Source: Eledone cirrhosa (Eukaryota). Taken from it: a stretch of DNA of 64,000 bases. The stretch's first letter is position 1. Each line of letters begins with the position of its first letter. The stretch lies in assembly GCA_964016885.1 (NCBI GenBank), contig OZ024743.1:323268001-323332000 (forward strand), in the 5' to 3' direction. Shown here in pieces: positions 1 to 15,000 of the stretch. A program made the position numbers and the translations under genes. The notes beneath the pieces are model-generated. The model saw only the letters and a program-made list of their open reading frames with translations, was not told the origin of the DNA and did not search any database.

Positions 1-3000
1 TATTACCTCACCCTGACTCCCTACTCTATATTACCTCACCCCTGACTCCCTACTCTATATTACATCACCCCTGACTCCCTACTGTATATTACCTCACTCC
101 TGACTCCCTACTGTATATTACCTCACTCCTGACTCCCTACTGTATATTACCTCGATCCTGACTCCTTACTGTATATTACCTCACTCCTGATTCCTTACTG
201 TATGTTACGTCACTCCTGACTCCTTACTGTATATTACCTCACTCCTGACTCCTTACTGTATATTACCTCACTCCTGACTCCTTACTGTATATTAACTCAC
301 TCCTGACTCTTTACTGTATATTACCTCACTCCTGACTCCTTACTGTATATTACCTCACTCCTGACACCTTACTCTATATTACCTCACCCCTGACTACCTA
401 CTCTATATTACCTCACACCGTGACTCAATACTCTATATTACCTCACTCCTGACTCAATACTCTATATTACCTTACTCCTGACTCCCTACTGTATATTACC
501 TTACCACTGACTCCCTACTGTATGTTACCTTACCACTGACTCCCTACTGTTTATTACCTCACCCCTGACTCCCTAGTGTATATTACCTCACTCCTGACTC
601 CCTACTGTATATTACCTCACTCCTGACTCCCTACTGTATATTACCTCACTCCTGACTCCCTACTGTATGTTACCTCACTCCTGACTCCCTACTGTATATT
701 ACCTCACCCCTGACTCCCTACTGCATATTACCTCACCTCTGACTCCCTACTACATATTACCTCACTCCTGACTCCCTACTGTATATTACCTCACCCCTGA
801 CTCCCTACTGCATATTACCTCACCTCTGACTCCCTACTGCATATTACCTCACCTCTGACTCCCTACTGTATATTGCCTCACTCCTGACTCCCTACTGTAT
901 ATTACCTCACTCCTGACTCCCTACTGTATATTACCTCACTCCTGACTCCCTACTGTATATTACCTCACTCCTGACTCCCTACTGTATGTTACCTCACTCC
1001 TGACTCCCTACTGTATGTTACCTCACTCCTGACTCCCTACTGTATATTACCTCACCCCTGACTCCCTACTGCATATTACCTCACCTCTGACTCCCTACTA
1101 CATATTACCTCACTCCTGACTCCCTACTGTATATTGCCTCACTCCTGACTCCCTACTGTAGATTACCTCACCCCTGACTCCCTACTGTAGATTACCTCAC
1201 CCCTGACTCCCTACTGTATATTACCTCACCCCTGACTCCCTACTGTATATTACCTCACCCCTGATGCCCTACTGTATATTACCTCACCCCTGACTTCCTA
1301 CTGTATATTACCTCACCCCTGACTCCCTACTGTATATTACCTCACCCCTGACTCCCTACTGTATATTACCTCACCCGAGATTCCCTACTTTATATTACCT
1401 CACTCCTGACTCCTTACTGTATATTACCTCACTCCTGACTCCTTATTGTATATTACCTCACTCCTGACTCCCTACTGTATATTACCTCACTCCGGACTCC
1501 CTACTGTATATTACCTCACTCCGGACTCCCTACTGTATATTACCTCACTCCTGACTCCCTACTGTATATTACCTCACCCCTGACTCAATACTCTATATTA
1601 CCTCACTCCTGACTACCTACTCTATATTACCTCACTCCTGACTACCTACTCTATATTACCTCACTCCTGACTCCCTACTGTATATTACCTCACCCCTGAC
1701 TACCTACTCTATATTACCTCACTCCTGACTACCTACTCTATATTACCTCACTCCTGACTCCCTACTGTATATTACCTCACCCCTGACTCCCTACTGTATA
1801 TTACCTCACCCCTGACTCCCTACTGTATATTAACTCACCCCTGACTCCCTACTCTATATTACCTTACTCCTGCCTCCCTACTGTATATTACCTTACCACT
1901 GACTCCCTACTCTATATTACCTCACCCCTGACTCCCTACTCTATATTACCTCAGCCCTGACACCCTACTGTATATTACCTCAGCCTTGACTCCCTACTGT
2001 ATATTACCTCTCCCCTGACTCCCTACTGTATATTACCTCTCCCCTGACTCCTTACTGTATATTACATCACTCCTGACTCCTTACTGTATATTACCTCACC
2101 CCTGACTCAATACTCTATATTACGTCACTCCTGACTACCTACTCTATATTACCTCACTCCTGACTACCTACTCTATATTACCTCACTCCTGACTCCCTAC
2201 TGTATATTACCTCACTCCTGACTCCCTACTGTATATTACCTCACTCCTGACTCCCTACTATATATTACCTCACTCCTGACTCCGTACTGTATATTACCTC
2301 ACTCCTGACTCCTTACTGTATATTACCTCACTCCTGACTCCTTACTGTATATTACCTCACCCCTGACTACCTACTGTATATTACCTCACCCCTGACTCCC
2401 TACTGTATATTAACTCACTCCTGACTCCCTACTGTATATTACCTCACTCCTGACTCCTTACTGTACATTACCTCACTCCTGACTCCCTACTCTATATTAC
2501 CTCACCCCTGACTCCCTACTGTATATTACCTCACCCCTGACTCCCTACTGCATATTACCTCGCCTCTGACTCCCTACTGCATATTACCTCACCTCTGACT
2601 CCCTACTGCATATTACCTCACTCCTGACTCGCTACTGTATATTACCTCACCCCTGACTCGCTACTGTATATTACCTCACCCTTGACTCCCTACTGTATAT
2701 TACCTCACCCCTGACTCCCTACTGTATATTACCTCACCCCTGACTCCCTACTGCATATTACCTCACCTCTGACTCCCTACTACATATTACCTCACTCCTG
2801 ACTCCCTACTGTATATTACCTCACCCCTGACTCCCTACTGCATATTACCTCACCTCTGACTCCCTACTGCATATTACCTCACCTCTGACTCCCTACTGTA
2901 TATTGCCTCACTCCTGACTCCCTACTGTATATTACCTCACTCCTGACTCCCTACTGTATATTACCTCACTCCTGACTCCCTACTGTATATTACCTCACTC

Positions 3001-6000
3001 CTGACTCCCTACTGTATGTTACCTCACTCCTGACTCCCTACTGTATGTTACCTCACTCCTGACTCCCTACTGCATATTACCTCACCTCTGACTCCCTACT
3101 ACATATTACCTCACTCCTGACTCCCTACTGTATATTGCCTCACTCCTGACTCCCTACTGTAGATTACCTCACCCCTGACTCCCTACTGTAGATTACCTCA
3201 CCCCTGACTCCCTACTGTATATTACCTCACCCCTGACTCCCTACTGTATATTACCTCACCCCTGATGCCCTACTGTATATTACCTCACCCCTGACTTCCT
3301 ACTGTATATTACCTCACCCCTGACTCCCTACTGTATATTACCTCACCCCTGACTCCCTACTGTATATTACCTCACCCGAGATTCCCTACTTTATATTACC
3401 TCACTCCTGACTCCTTACTGTATATTACCTCACTCCTGACCCCTTACTGTATATTACCTCACTCCTGACTCCTTATTGTATATTACCTCACTCCTGACTC
3501 CCTACTGTATATTACCTCACTCCGGACTCCCTACTGTATATTACCTCACTCCGGACTCCCTACTGTATATTACCTCACTCCTGACTCCCTACTGTATATT
3601 ACCTCACCCCTGACTCAATACTCTATATTACCTCACTCCTGACTACCTACTCTATATTACCTCACTCCTGACTACCTACTCTATATTACCTCACTCCTGA
3701 CTCCCTACTGTATATTACCTCACCCCTGACTACCTACTCTATATTACCTCACTCCTGACTACCTACTCTATATTACCTCACTCCTGACTCCCTACTGTAT
3801 ATTACCTCACCCCTGACTCCCTACTGTATATTACCTCACCCCTGACTCCCTACTGTATATTAACTCACCCCTGACTCCCTACTCTATATTACCTTACTCC
3901 TGCCTCCCTACTGTATATTACCTTACCACTGACTCCCTACTCTATATTACCTCACCCCTGACTCCCTACTCTATATTACCTCAGCCCTGACACCCTACTG
4001 TATATTACCTCAGCCTTGACTCCCTACTGTATATTACCTCTCCCCTGACTCCCTACTGTATATTACCTCTCCCCTGACTCCTTACTGTATATTACATCAC
4101 TCCTGACTCCTTACTGTATATTACCTCACCCCTGACTCAATACTCTATATTACGTCACTCCTGACTACCTACTCTATATTACCTCACTCCTGACTACCTA
4201 CTCTATATTACCTCACTCCTGACTCCCTACTGTATATTACCTCACTCCTGACTCCCTACTGTATATTACCTCACTCCTGACTCCCTACTATATATTACCT
4301 CACTCCTGACTCCGTACTGTATATTACCTCACTCCTGACTCCTTACTGTATATTACCTCACTCCTGACTCCTTACTGTATATTACCTCACCCCTGACTAC
4401 CTACTGTATATTACCTCACCCCTGACTCCCTACTGTATATTAACTCACTCCTGACTCCCTACTGTATATTACCTCACTCCTGACTCCTTACTGTACATTA
4501 CCTCACTCCTGACTCCCTACTCTATATTACCTCACCCCTGACTCCCTACTGTATATTACCTCACCCCTGACTCCCTACTGTATATTACCTCGCCTCTGAC
4601 TCCCTACTGCATATTACCTCACCTCTGACTCCCTACTGCATATTACCTCACTCCTGACTCGCTACTGTATATTACCTCACTCCTGACTCGCTACTGTATA
4701 TTACCTCACCCCTGACTCGCTACTGTATATTACCTCACCCTTGACTCCCTACTGTATATTACCTCACCCCTGACTCCCTACTGTATATTACCTCACCCCT
4801 CACTCCCTACTGTATATTACCTCACCCCTCACTCCCTATTGTATATTACCTCACCTTCTGACTCCCTACTGTATATTACCTCACCCCTCACTCCTTACTG
4901 TATATTACCTCACCCCTGACTACCTACTCTATATTACCTCACCCCGTGACTCAATACTCTATATTACCTTACCACTGACTCCCTACTGTATATTACCTTA
5001 CCACTGACTCCCTACTGTATATTACCTTACCACTGACTCCCTACTGTATATTACCTTACCACTGACTCCCTACTGCATATTACCTCACTCCCTACTGTAT
5101 ATTACCTCACTCCTGACGCCCTACTGTATATTACCTCACTCCTGACTCCCTACTATATATTACCTCACTCCTGATTCCTTACTGTATATTACCTCACTCC
5201 TGACTCCCTACTATATATTACCTCACTCCTGATTCCTTACTGTATATTACCTCACCCCTGACTCCCTACTGTATATTACCTCACCGCTGACGCCCTACTG
5301 TATATTACCTCACCCCTGACTCCCTACTGTATATTACCTCACCCCTGACTCCCTACTTTATATTACCTCACTCCTGACTCCTTACTGTATATTACCTCAC
5401 TCCTGACTCCTTACTGTATATTACTTCACTCCTGACTCCTTATTGTATATTACCTCACTCCTGACTCCCTACTGTATATTACCTCACTCCTTACTCCCTA
5501 CTGTATATTACCTCACTCCTTACTCCCTACTGTATATTACCTCACTCCTTACTCCCTACTGTATATTACCTCACTCCTGACACCCTACTGTATATTACCT
5601 CACTCCTGACTCCCTACTGTATATTACCTCACTCCTGACACCCTACTGTATATTACCTCATCCTGATTCCCTACTGTATATTACCTCACCCCTGACTCAA
5701 TACTCTATATTACCTCACCCCTGACTCAATACTCTATATTACCTCACTCCTGACTCCCTACTGTATATTACCTCACTCCTGACACCCTACTGTATATTAC
5801 CTCACCCTTGACTACCTACTCTATATTACGTCACTCCTGACTACCTACTCTATATTACCTCACTCCTGACTCCCTACTCTATATTACCTCACTCCTGACT
5901 CCCTACTGTATATTACCTCACTCCTGACTCCCTACTGTATATTACCTCACTCCTGACTCCCTACTGTATATGACCTCACTCCTGACTCCCTACTGTATAT

Positions 6001-9000
6001 TACCTCACTCCTGACTCCCTACTGTATATTACCTCACTCCTGACTCCCTACTGTATATTACCTCACTCCTGACGCCCTACTATATATTACCTCACTCCTG
6101 ACTCCTTACTGTATATTACCTCACTCCTGACTCCTTACTATATATTACCTCACCCCTGACTCCCTACTCTATATTACCTTACCCCAACTCCCTACTGTAT
6201 GTTTCTTTACCCCTGACTCACTACTGTATATTACCTCACACCTGACTCCCTACTCTATAGTACCTCACCCCTGACTCCCTACTCTATATTACCTCACCCC
6301 TGACTCCCTACTCTATATTACCTCACTCCTGACTCCCTACTCTATATTACCTGACCCCAGACTCAATACTCTATATTACCTCACCACTGACTCCCTACTG
6401 TATATTACCTCACCCCTGACTCCCTACTCTATATTACCTCACCCCTGACTCCCTACTCTATATTACCTCACCCCTGACTCCCTACTGTATATTACCTCAC
6501 TCCTGACTCCCTACTGTATATTACCTCACTCCTGACTCCCTACTGTATATTACCTCGATCCTGACTCCTTACTGTATATTACCTCACTCCTGATTCCTTA
6601 CTGTATGTTACGTCACTCCTGACTCCTTACTGTATATTACCTCACTCCTGACTCCTTACTGTATATTACCTCACTCCTGACTCCTTACTGTATATTAACT
6701 CACTCCTGACTCTTTACTGTATATTACCTCACTCCTGACTCCTTACTGTATATTACCTCACTCCTGACACCTTACTCTATATTACCTCACCCCTGACTAC
6801 CTACTCTATATTACCTCACCCCGTGACTCAATACTCTATATTACCTCACTCCTGACTCAATACTCTATATTACCTTACTCCTGACTCCCTACTGTATATT
6901 ACCTTACCACTGACTCCCTACTGTATGTTACCTTACCACTGACTCCCTACTGTTTATTACCTCACCCCTGACTCCCTAGTGTATATTACCTCACTCCTGA
7001 CTCCCTACTGTATATTACCTCACTCCTGACTCCCTACTGTATATTACCTCACTCCTGACTCCCTACTGTATGTTACCTCACTCCTGACTCCCTACTGTAT
7101 ATTACCTCACCCCTGACTCCCTACTGCATATTACCTCACCTCTGACTCCCTACTACATATTACCTCACTCCTGACTCCCTACTGTATATTACCTCACCCC
7201 TGACTCCCTACTGCATATTACCTCACCTCTGACTCCCTACTGCATATTACCTCACCTCTGACTCCCTACTGTATATTGCCTCACTCCTGACTCCCTACTG
7301 TATATTACCTCACTCCTGACTCCCTACTGTATATTACCTCACTCCTGACTCCCTACTGTATATTACCTCACTCCTGACTCCCTACTGTATGTTACCTCAC
7401 TCCTGACTCCCTACTGTATGTTACCTCACTCCTGACTCCCTACTGTATATTACCTCACCCCTGACTCCCTACTGCATATTACCTCACCTCTGACTCCCTA
7501 CTACATATTACCTCACTCCTGACTCCCTACTGTATATTGCCTCACTCCTGACTCCCTACTGTAGATTACCTCACCCCTGACTCCCTACTGTAGATTACCT
7601 CACCCCTGACTCCCTACTGTATATTACCTCACCCCTGACTCCCTACTGTATATTACCTCACCCCTGATGCCCTACTGTATATTACCTCACCCCTGACTTC
7701 CTACTGTATATTACCTCACCCCTGACTCCCTACTGTATATTACCTCACCCCTGACTCCCTACTGTATATTACCTCACCCGAGATTCCCTACTTTATATTA
7801 CCTCACTCCTGACTCCTTACTGTATATTACCTCACTCCTGACCCCTTACTGTATATTACCTCACTCCTGACTCCTTATTGTATATTACCTCACTCCTGAC
7901 TCCCTACTGTATATTACCTCACTCCGGACTCCCTACTGTATATTACCTCACTCCTGACTCCCTACTGTATATTACCTCACCCCTGACTCAATACTCTATA
8001 TTACCTCACTCCTGACTACCTACTCTATATTACCTCACTCCTGACTACCTACTCTATATTACCTCACTCCTGACTCCCTACTGTATATTACCTCACCCCT
8101 GACTACCTACTCTATATTACCTCATCCCTGACTCCCTACTGTATATTACCTCACCCCTGACTCCCTACTGTATATTACCTCACCCCTGACTCCCTACTGT
8201 ATATTACCTCACCCCTGACTCCCTACTGTATATTAACTCACCCCTGACTCCCTACTCTATATTACCTTACTCCTGCCTCCCTACTGTATATTACCTTACC
8301 ACTGACTCCCTACTCTATATTACCTCACCCCTGACTCCCTACTCTATATTACCTCAGCCCTGACACCCTACTGTATATTACCTCAGCCTTGACTCCCTAC
8401 TGTATATTACCTCTCCCCTGACTCCCTACTGTATATTACCTCTCCCCTGACTCCTTACTGTATATTACATCACTCCTGACTCCTTACTGTATATTACCTC
8501 ACCCCTGACTCAATACTCTATATTACGTCACTCCTGACTACCTACTCTATATTACCTCACTCCTGACTACCTACTCTATATTACCTCACTCCTGACTCCC
8601 TACTGTATATTACCTCACTCCTGACTCCCTACTGTATATTACCTCACTCCTGACTCCCTACTGTATATTACCTCACTCCTGACTCCTTACTGTATATTAC
8701 CTCACTCCTGACTCCTTACTGTATATTACCTCACCCCTGACTACCTACTGTATATTACCTCACCCCTGACTCCCTACTGTATATTAACTCACTCCTGACT
8801 CCCTACTGTATATTACCTCACTCCTGACTCCTTACTGTACATTACCTCACTCCTGACTCCCTACTCTATATTACCTCACCCCTGACTCCCTACTGTATAT
8901 TACCTCACCCCTGACTCCCTACTGTATATTACCTCGCCTCTGACTCCCTACTGCATATTACCTCACCTCTGACTCCCTACTGCATATTACCTCACTCCTG

Positions 9001-12000
9001 ACTCGCTACTGTATATTACCTCACTCCTGACTCGCTACTGTATATTACCTCACCCCTGACTCGCTACTGTATATTACCTCACCCTTGACTCCCTACTGTA
9101 TATTACCTCACCCCTGACTCCCTACTGTATATTACCTCACCCCTCACTCCCTACTGTATATTACCTCACCCCTCACTCCCTATTGTATATTACCTCACCT
9201 TCTGACTCCCTACTGTATATTACCTCACCCCTCACTCCTTACTGTATATTACCTCACCCCTGACTACCTACTCTATATTACCTCACCCCGTGACTCAATA
9301 CTCTATATTACCTTACCACTGACTCCCTACTGTATATTACCTTACCACTGACTCCCTACTGTATATTACCTTACCACTGACTCCCTACTGTATATTACCT
9401 TACCACTGACTCCCTACTGCATATTACCTCACTCCCTACTGTATATTACCTCACTCCTGACGCCCTACTGTATATTACCTCACTCCTGACTCCCTACTAT
9501 ATATTACCTCACTCCTGATTCCTTACTGTATATTACCTCACCCCTGACTCCCTACTGTATATTACCTCACCGCTGACGCCCTACTGTATATTACCTCACC
9601 CCTGACTCCCTACTGTATATTACCTCACCCCTGACTCCCTACTTTATATTACCTCACTCCTGACTCCTTACTGTATATTACCTCACTCCTGACTCCTTAC
9701 TGTATATTACTTCACTCCTGACTCCTTATTGTATATTACCTCACTCCTGACTCCCTACTGTATATTACCTCACTCCTGACACCCTACTGTATATTACCTC
9801 ATCCTGATTCCCTACTGTATATTACCTCACCCCTGACTCAACTCTATATTACCTCACTCCTGACTCCTTACTGTATATTACCTCACTCCTGACTCCTTAC
9901 TGTATATTACTTCACTCCTGACTCCCTACTGTATATTACCTCACTCCTGACTCCTTACTGTATATTACTTCACTCCTGACTCCTTACTGTATATTACCTC
10001 ACTCCTGACTCCTTACTGTATATTACTTCACTCCTGACTCCTTACTGTATATTACCTCACTCCTGACTCCTTACTGTATATTACTTCACTCCTGACTCCT
10101 TATTGTATATTACTTCACTCCTGACTCCTTATTGTATATTACCTCACTCCTGACTCCCTACTGTATATTACCTCACTCCTGACTCCCTACTGTATATTAC
10201 CTCACTCCTGACTCCCTACTGTATATTACCTCACCCTTGACTACCTACTCTATATTACGTCACTCCTGACTACCTACTCTATATTACCTCACTCCTGACT
10301 CCCTACTCTATATTACCTCACTCCTGACTCCCTACTGTATATTACCTCACTCCTGACTCCCTACTGTATATTACCTCACTCCTGACTCCCTACTGTATAT
10401 TACCTCACTCCTGACTCCCTACTGTATATTACCTCACTCCTGACTCCCTACTGTATATTACCTCACTCCTGACTCCCTACTGTATATTACCTCACTCCTG
10501 ACGCCCTACTATATATTACCTCACTCCTGACTCCTTACTGTATATTACCTCACTCCTGACTCCTTACTGTATATTACCTCACCCCTGACTCCCTACTCTA
10601 TATTACCTTACCCCAACTCCCTACTGTATGTTTCTTTACCCCTGACTCACTACTGTATATTACCTCACACCTGACTCCCTACTCTATAGTACCTCACCCC
10701 TGACTCCCTACTCTATATTACCTCACCCCTGACTCCCTACTCTATATTACCTCACTCCTGACTCCCTACTCTATATTACCTGACCCCAGACTCAATACTC
10801 TATATTACCTCACCACTGACTCCCTACTGTATATTACCTCACCCCTGACTCCCTACTCTATATTACCTCACCCCTGACTCCCTACTCTATATTACCTCAC
10901 CCCCCTGACTCCCTACTGTATATTACCTCACTCCTGACTCCCTACTGTATATTACCTCACTCCTGACTTCCTACTGTATATTACCTCGATCCTGACTCCT
11001 TACTGTATATTACCTCACTCCTGATTCCTTACTGTATGTTACGTCACTCCTGACTCCTTACTGTATATTACCTCACTCCTGACTCCTTACTGTATATTAC
11101 CTCACTCCTGACTCCTTACTGTATATTAACTCACTCCTGACTCTTTACTGTATATTACCTCACTCCTGACTCCTTACTGTATATTACCTCACTCCTGACA
11201 CCTTACTGTATATTACCTCACCCCTGACTACCTACTCTATATTACCTCACCCCGTGACTCAATACTCTATATTACCTCACTCCTGACTCAATACTCTATA
11301 TTACCTTACTCCTGACTCCCTACTGTATATTACCTTACCACTGACTCCCTACTGTATGTTACCTTACCACTGACTCCCTACTGTTTATTACCTCACCCCT
11401 GACTCCCTAGTGTATATTACCTCACTCCTGACTCCCTACTGTATATTACCTCACTCCTGACTCCCTACTGTATATTACCTCACTCCTGACTCCCTACTGT
11501 ATGTTACCTCACTCCTGACTCCCTACTGTATATTACCTCACCCCTGACTCCCTACTGCATATTACCTCACCTCTGACTCCCTACTACATATTACCTCACT
11601 CCTGACTCCCTACTGTATATTGCCTCACTCCTGACTCCCTACTGTAGATTAACTCACCCCTGACTCCTTACTGTATATTACCTCAGCCCTGACTCCCTAC
11701 TGTATATTACCTCACCCCTGACGCCCTACTGTATATTACCTCACCCCTGACTTCCTACTGTATATTACCTCACCCCTGACTCCCTACTGTATATTACCTC
11801 ACCCCTGACTCCCTACTGTATATTACCTCACCCTTGACTCCCTACTTTATATTTCCTGACTCCTTACTGTATATTACCTCACTCCTGACTCCTTACTGTA
11901 TATTACTTCACTCCTGACTCCTTATTGTATATTACCTCACTCCTGACTCCCTACTGTATATTACCTCACTCCTGACTCCCTACTGTATATTACCTCAATC

Positions 12001-15000
12001 CTGATTCCCTACTGTATATTACCTCACCCCTGACTCAATACTCTATATTACCTCACCCCTGACTCAATACTCTATATTACCTCACTCCTGACTCCCTACT
12101 GTATATTACCTCACTCCTGACTCCCTACTGTATATTACCTCACTCCTGACTCCCTACTGTATATTACCTCACCCCTGACTACCTACTCTATATTACGTCA
12201 CTCCTGACTCCCTACTCTATATTACCTCACTCCTGACTCCCTACTCTATATTACCTCACTCCTGACTCCCTACTGTATAATACCTCACTCCTGACTCCCT
12301 ACTGTATATTACCTCACTCCTGACTCCCTACTGTATATTACCTCACTCCTGACTCCCTACTGTATATTACCTCACTCCTGACTCCCTACTATATATTACC
12401 TCACTCCTGACTCCTTACTGTATATTACCTCACTCCTGACTCCTTACTGTATATTACCTCACTCCTGACTCCTTACTGTATATTACCTCACCCCTGACTC
12501 CCTACTGTATATTACCTCACCCCTGACTCCCTACTGCATATTACCTCACCTCTGACTCCCTACTGCATATTACCTCACTCCTGACTCCTTACTGTATATT
12601 ACCTCACCCCTGACTCCCTACTCTATATTACCTTACCCCAGACTCCCTACTGTATGTTTCTTTACCCCTGACTCACTACTGTATATTACCTCAACCCTGA
12701 CTCCCTACTGTATATTACCTCACCCCTGACTCCCTACTGTATATTACCTCACCCCTGACTCCCTACTGTATATTACCTCACCCCTGACTCCCTACTCTAT
12801 ATTACCTCACCCCTGACGCCCTACTGTATATTACCTCACCCCTGACTTCCTACTGTATATTACCTCACCCCTGACTCCCTACTGTATATTACCTCACCCC
12901 TGACTCCCTACTGTATATTACCTCACCCCTGACTCCCTACTGTATATTACCTCACTCCTGACTCCTTACTGTATATTACCTCACTCCTGACTCCTTACTG
13001 TATATTACCTCACCCCTGACTACCTACTCTATATTACCTCATCCCTGACTCCCTACTGTATATTACCTCACCCCTGACTCCCTACTGTATATTAACTCAC
13101 TCCTGACTCCCTACTGTATATTACCTCACTCCTGACTCCTTACTGTATATTACCTCACTCCTGACTCCCTACTGTATATTACCTCACTCCTGACTCCCTA
13201 CTGTATATTACCTCAGCCCTGACTCAATACTCTATATTACGTCACTCCTGACTACCTACTCTATATTACCTCACTCCTGACTCCCTACTCTATATTACCT
13301 CACTCCTGACTCCCTACTGTATATTACCTCACTCCTGACTCCCTACTGAATATTACCTCACTCCTGACTCCCTACTGTATATTACCCCACTCCTGACTCC
13401 CTACTATATATTACCTCACTCCTGACTCCGTACTGTATATTACCTCACTCCTGACTCCTTACTGTATAATACCTCACTCCTGACTCCTTACTGTATATTA
13501 CCTCACCCCTGACTACCTACTGTATATTACCTCACCCCTGACTCCCTACTGTATATTAACTCACTCCTGACTCCCTACTGTATATTACCTCACTCCTGAC
13601 TCCTTACTGTACATTACCTCACTCCTGACTCCCTACTCTATATTACCTCACCTCTGACTCCCTACTGCATATTACCTCACCCCTGATTCCCTACTCTATA
13701 TTACCTCACCCCTGACTCCCTACTCTATATTACCCAACCCCTGACTCGATACTCTATATTACCTCACCCCTGACTCAATACTCTATATTACCTCACCCCT
13801 GGCTCCCTACTGTATGTTACCTCACCCCTGACTCCCTACTGTATATTACCTCACTCCTGACTCCCTACTGTATATTACCTCATCCCTGACTCCCAACTGT
13901 ATATTACCTCACCCCTGACTCCCTACTGTATATTAACTCACCCCTGACTCCCTACTCTATATTACCTTACTCCTGCCTCCCTACTCTATATTACCTTACT
14001 CCTGCCTCCCTACTGTATATTACCTTACCCCTGACTCCCTACTCTATATTACCTCACCCCTGACTCCCTACTCTATATTACCTCAGCCCTGACACCTTAC
14101 TGTATATTACCTCAGCCCTGACTCCCTACTGTATATTACCTCGCCCCTGACTCCCTACTGCATACTACCTCACCCCTGACTCCCTACTGCATATTACCTC
14201 ACCCCTGACTCCCTACTGTATATTACCTCACCCCTGACTCCCTACTGTATATTACCTCACCCCTGACTCCCTACTGTATATTACCTCACCCCTGACTCCC
14301 TACTGCATATTACCTCACCTCTGACTCCCTACTGCATATTACCTCACCCCTGATTCCCTACTCTATATTACCTCACCCCTGACTCCCTACTCTATATTAC
14401 CTTACTCCTGCCTCCCTACTCTATATTACCTTACTCCTGCCGCCCTACTGTATATTACCTTACCACTGACTCCCTACTCTATATTACCTCACCCCTGACT
14501 CCCTACTCTATATTACCTCAGCCCTGACACCCTACTGTATATTACCTCAGCCCTGACTCCCTACTGTATATTACCTCACTTCTGACTCCCTACTGCATAC
14601 TACCTCACCCCTGACTCCCTACTGCATATTACCTCACCTCTGACTCCCTACGACATATTACCTCACTCCTGACTCCCTACTGTATATTACCTCACCCCTG
14701 ACTCCCTACTGTATATTACCTCACCCCTGACTTCCTACTGTATATTACCTCACCGCTGACGCCCTACTGTATATTACCTCACCGCTGACGCCCTACTGTA
14801 TATTACCTCACCCCTGACTTCCTACTGTATATTACCTCACCCCTGACTCCCTACTGTATATTACCTCACCCCTGACTCCCTACTTTATATTACCTCACTC
14901 CTGACTCCTTACTGTATATTACCTCACTCCTGACTCCTTACTGTATATTACTTCACTCCTGACTCCTTATTGTATATTACCTCGCTCCTGACTCCCTACT

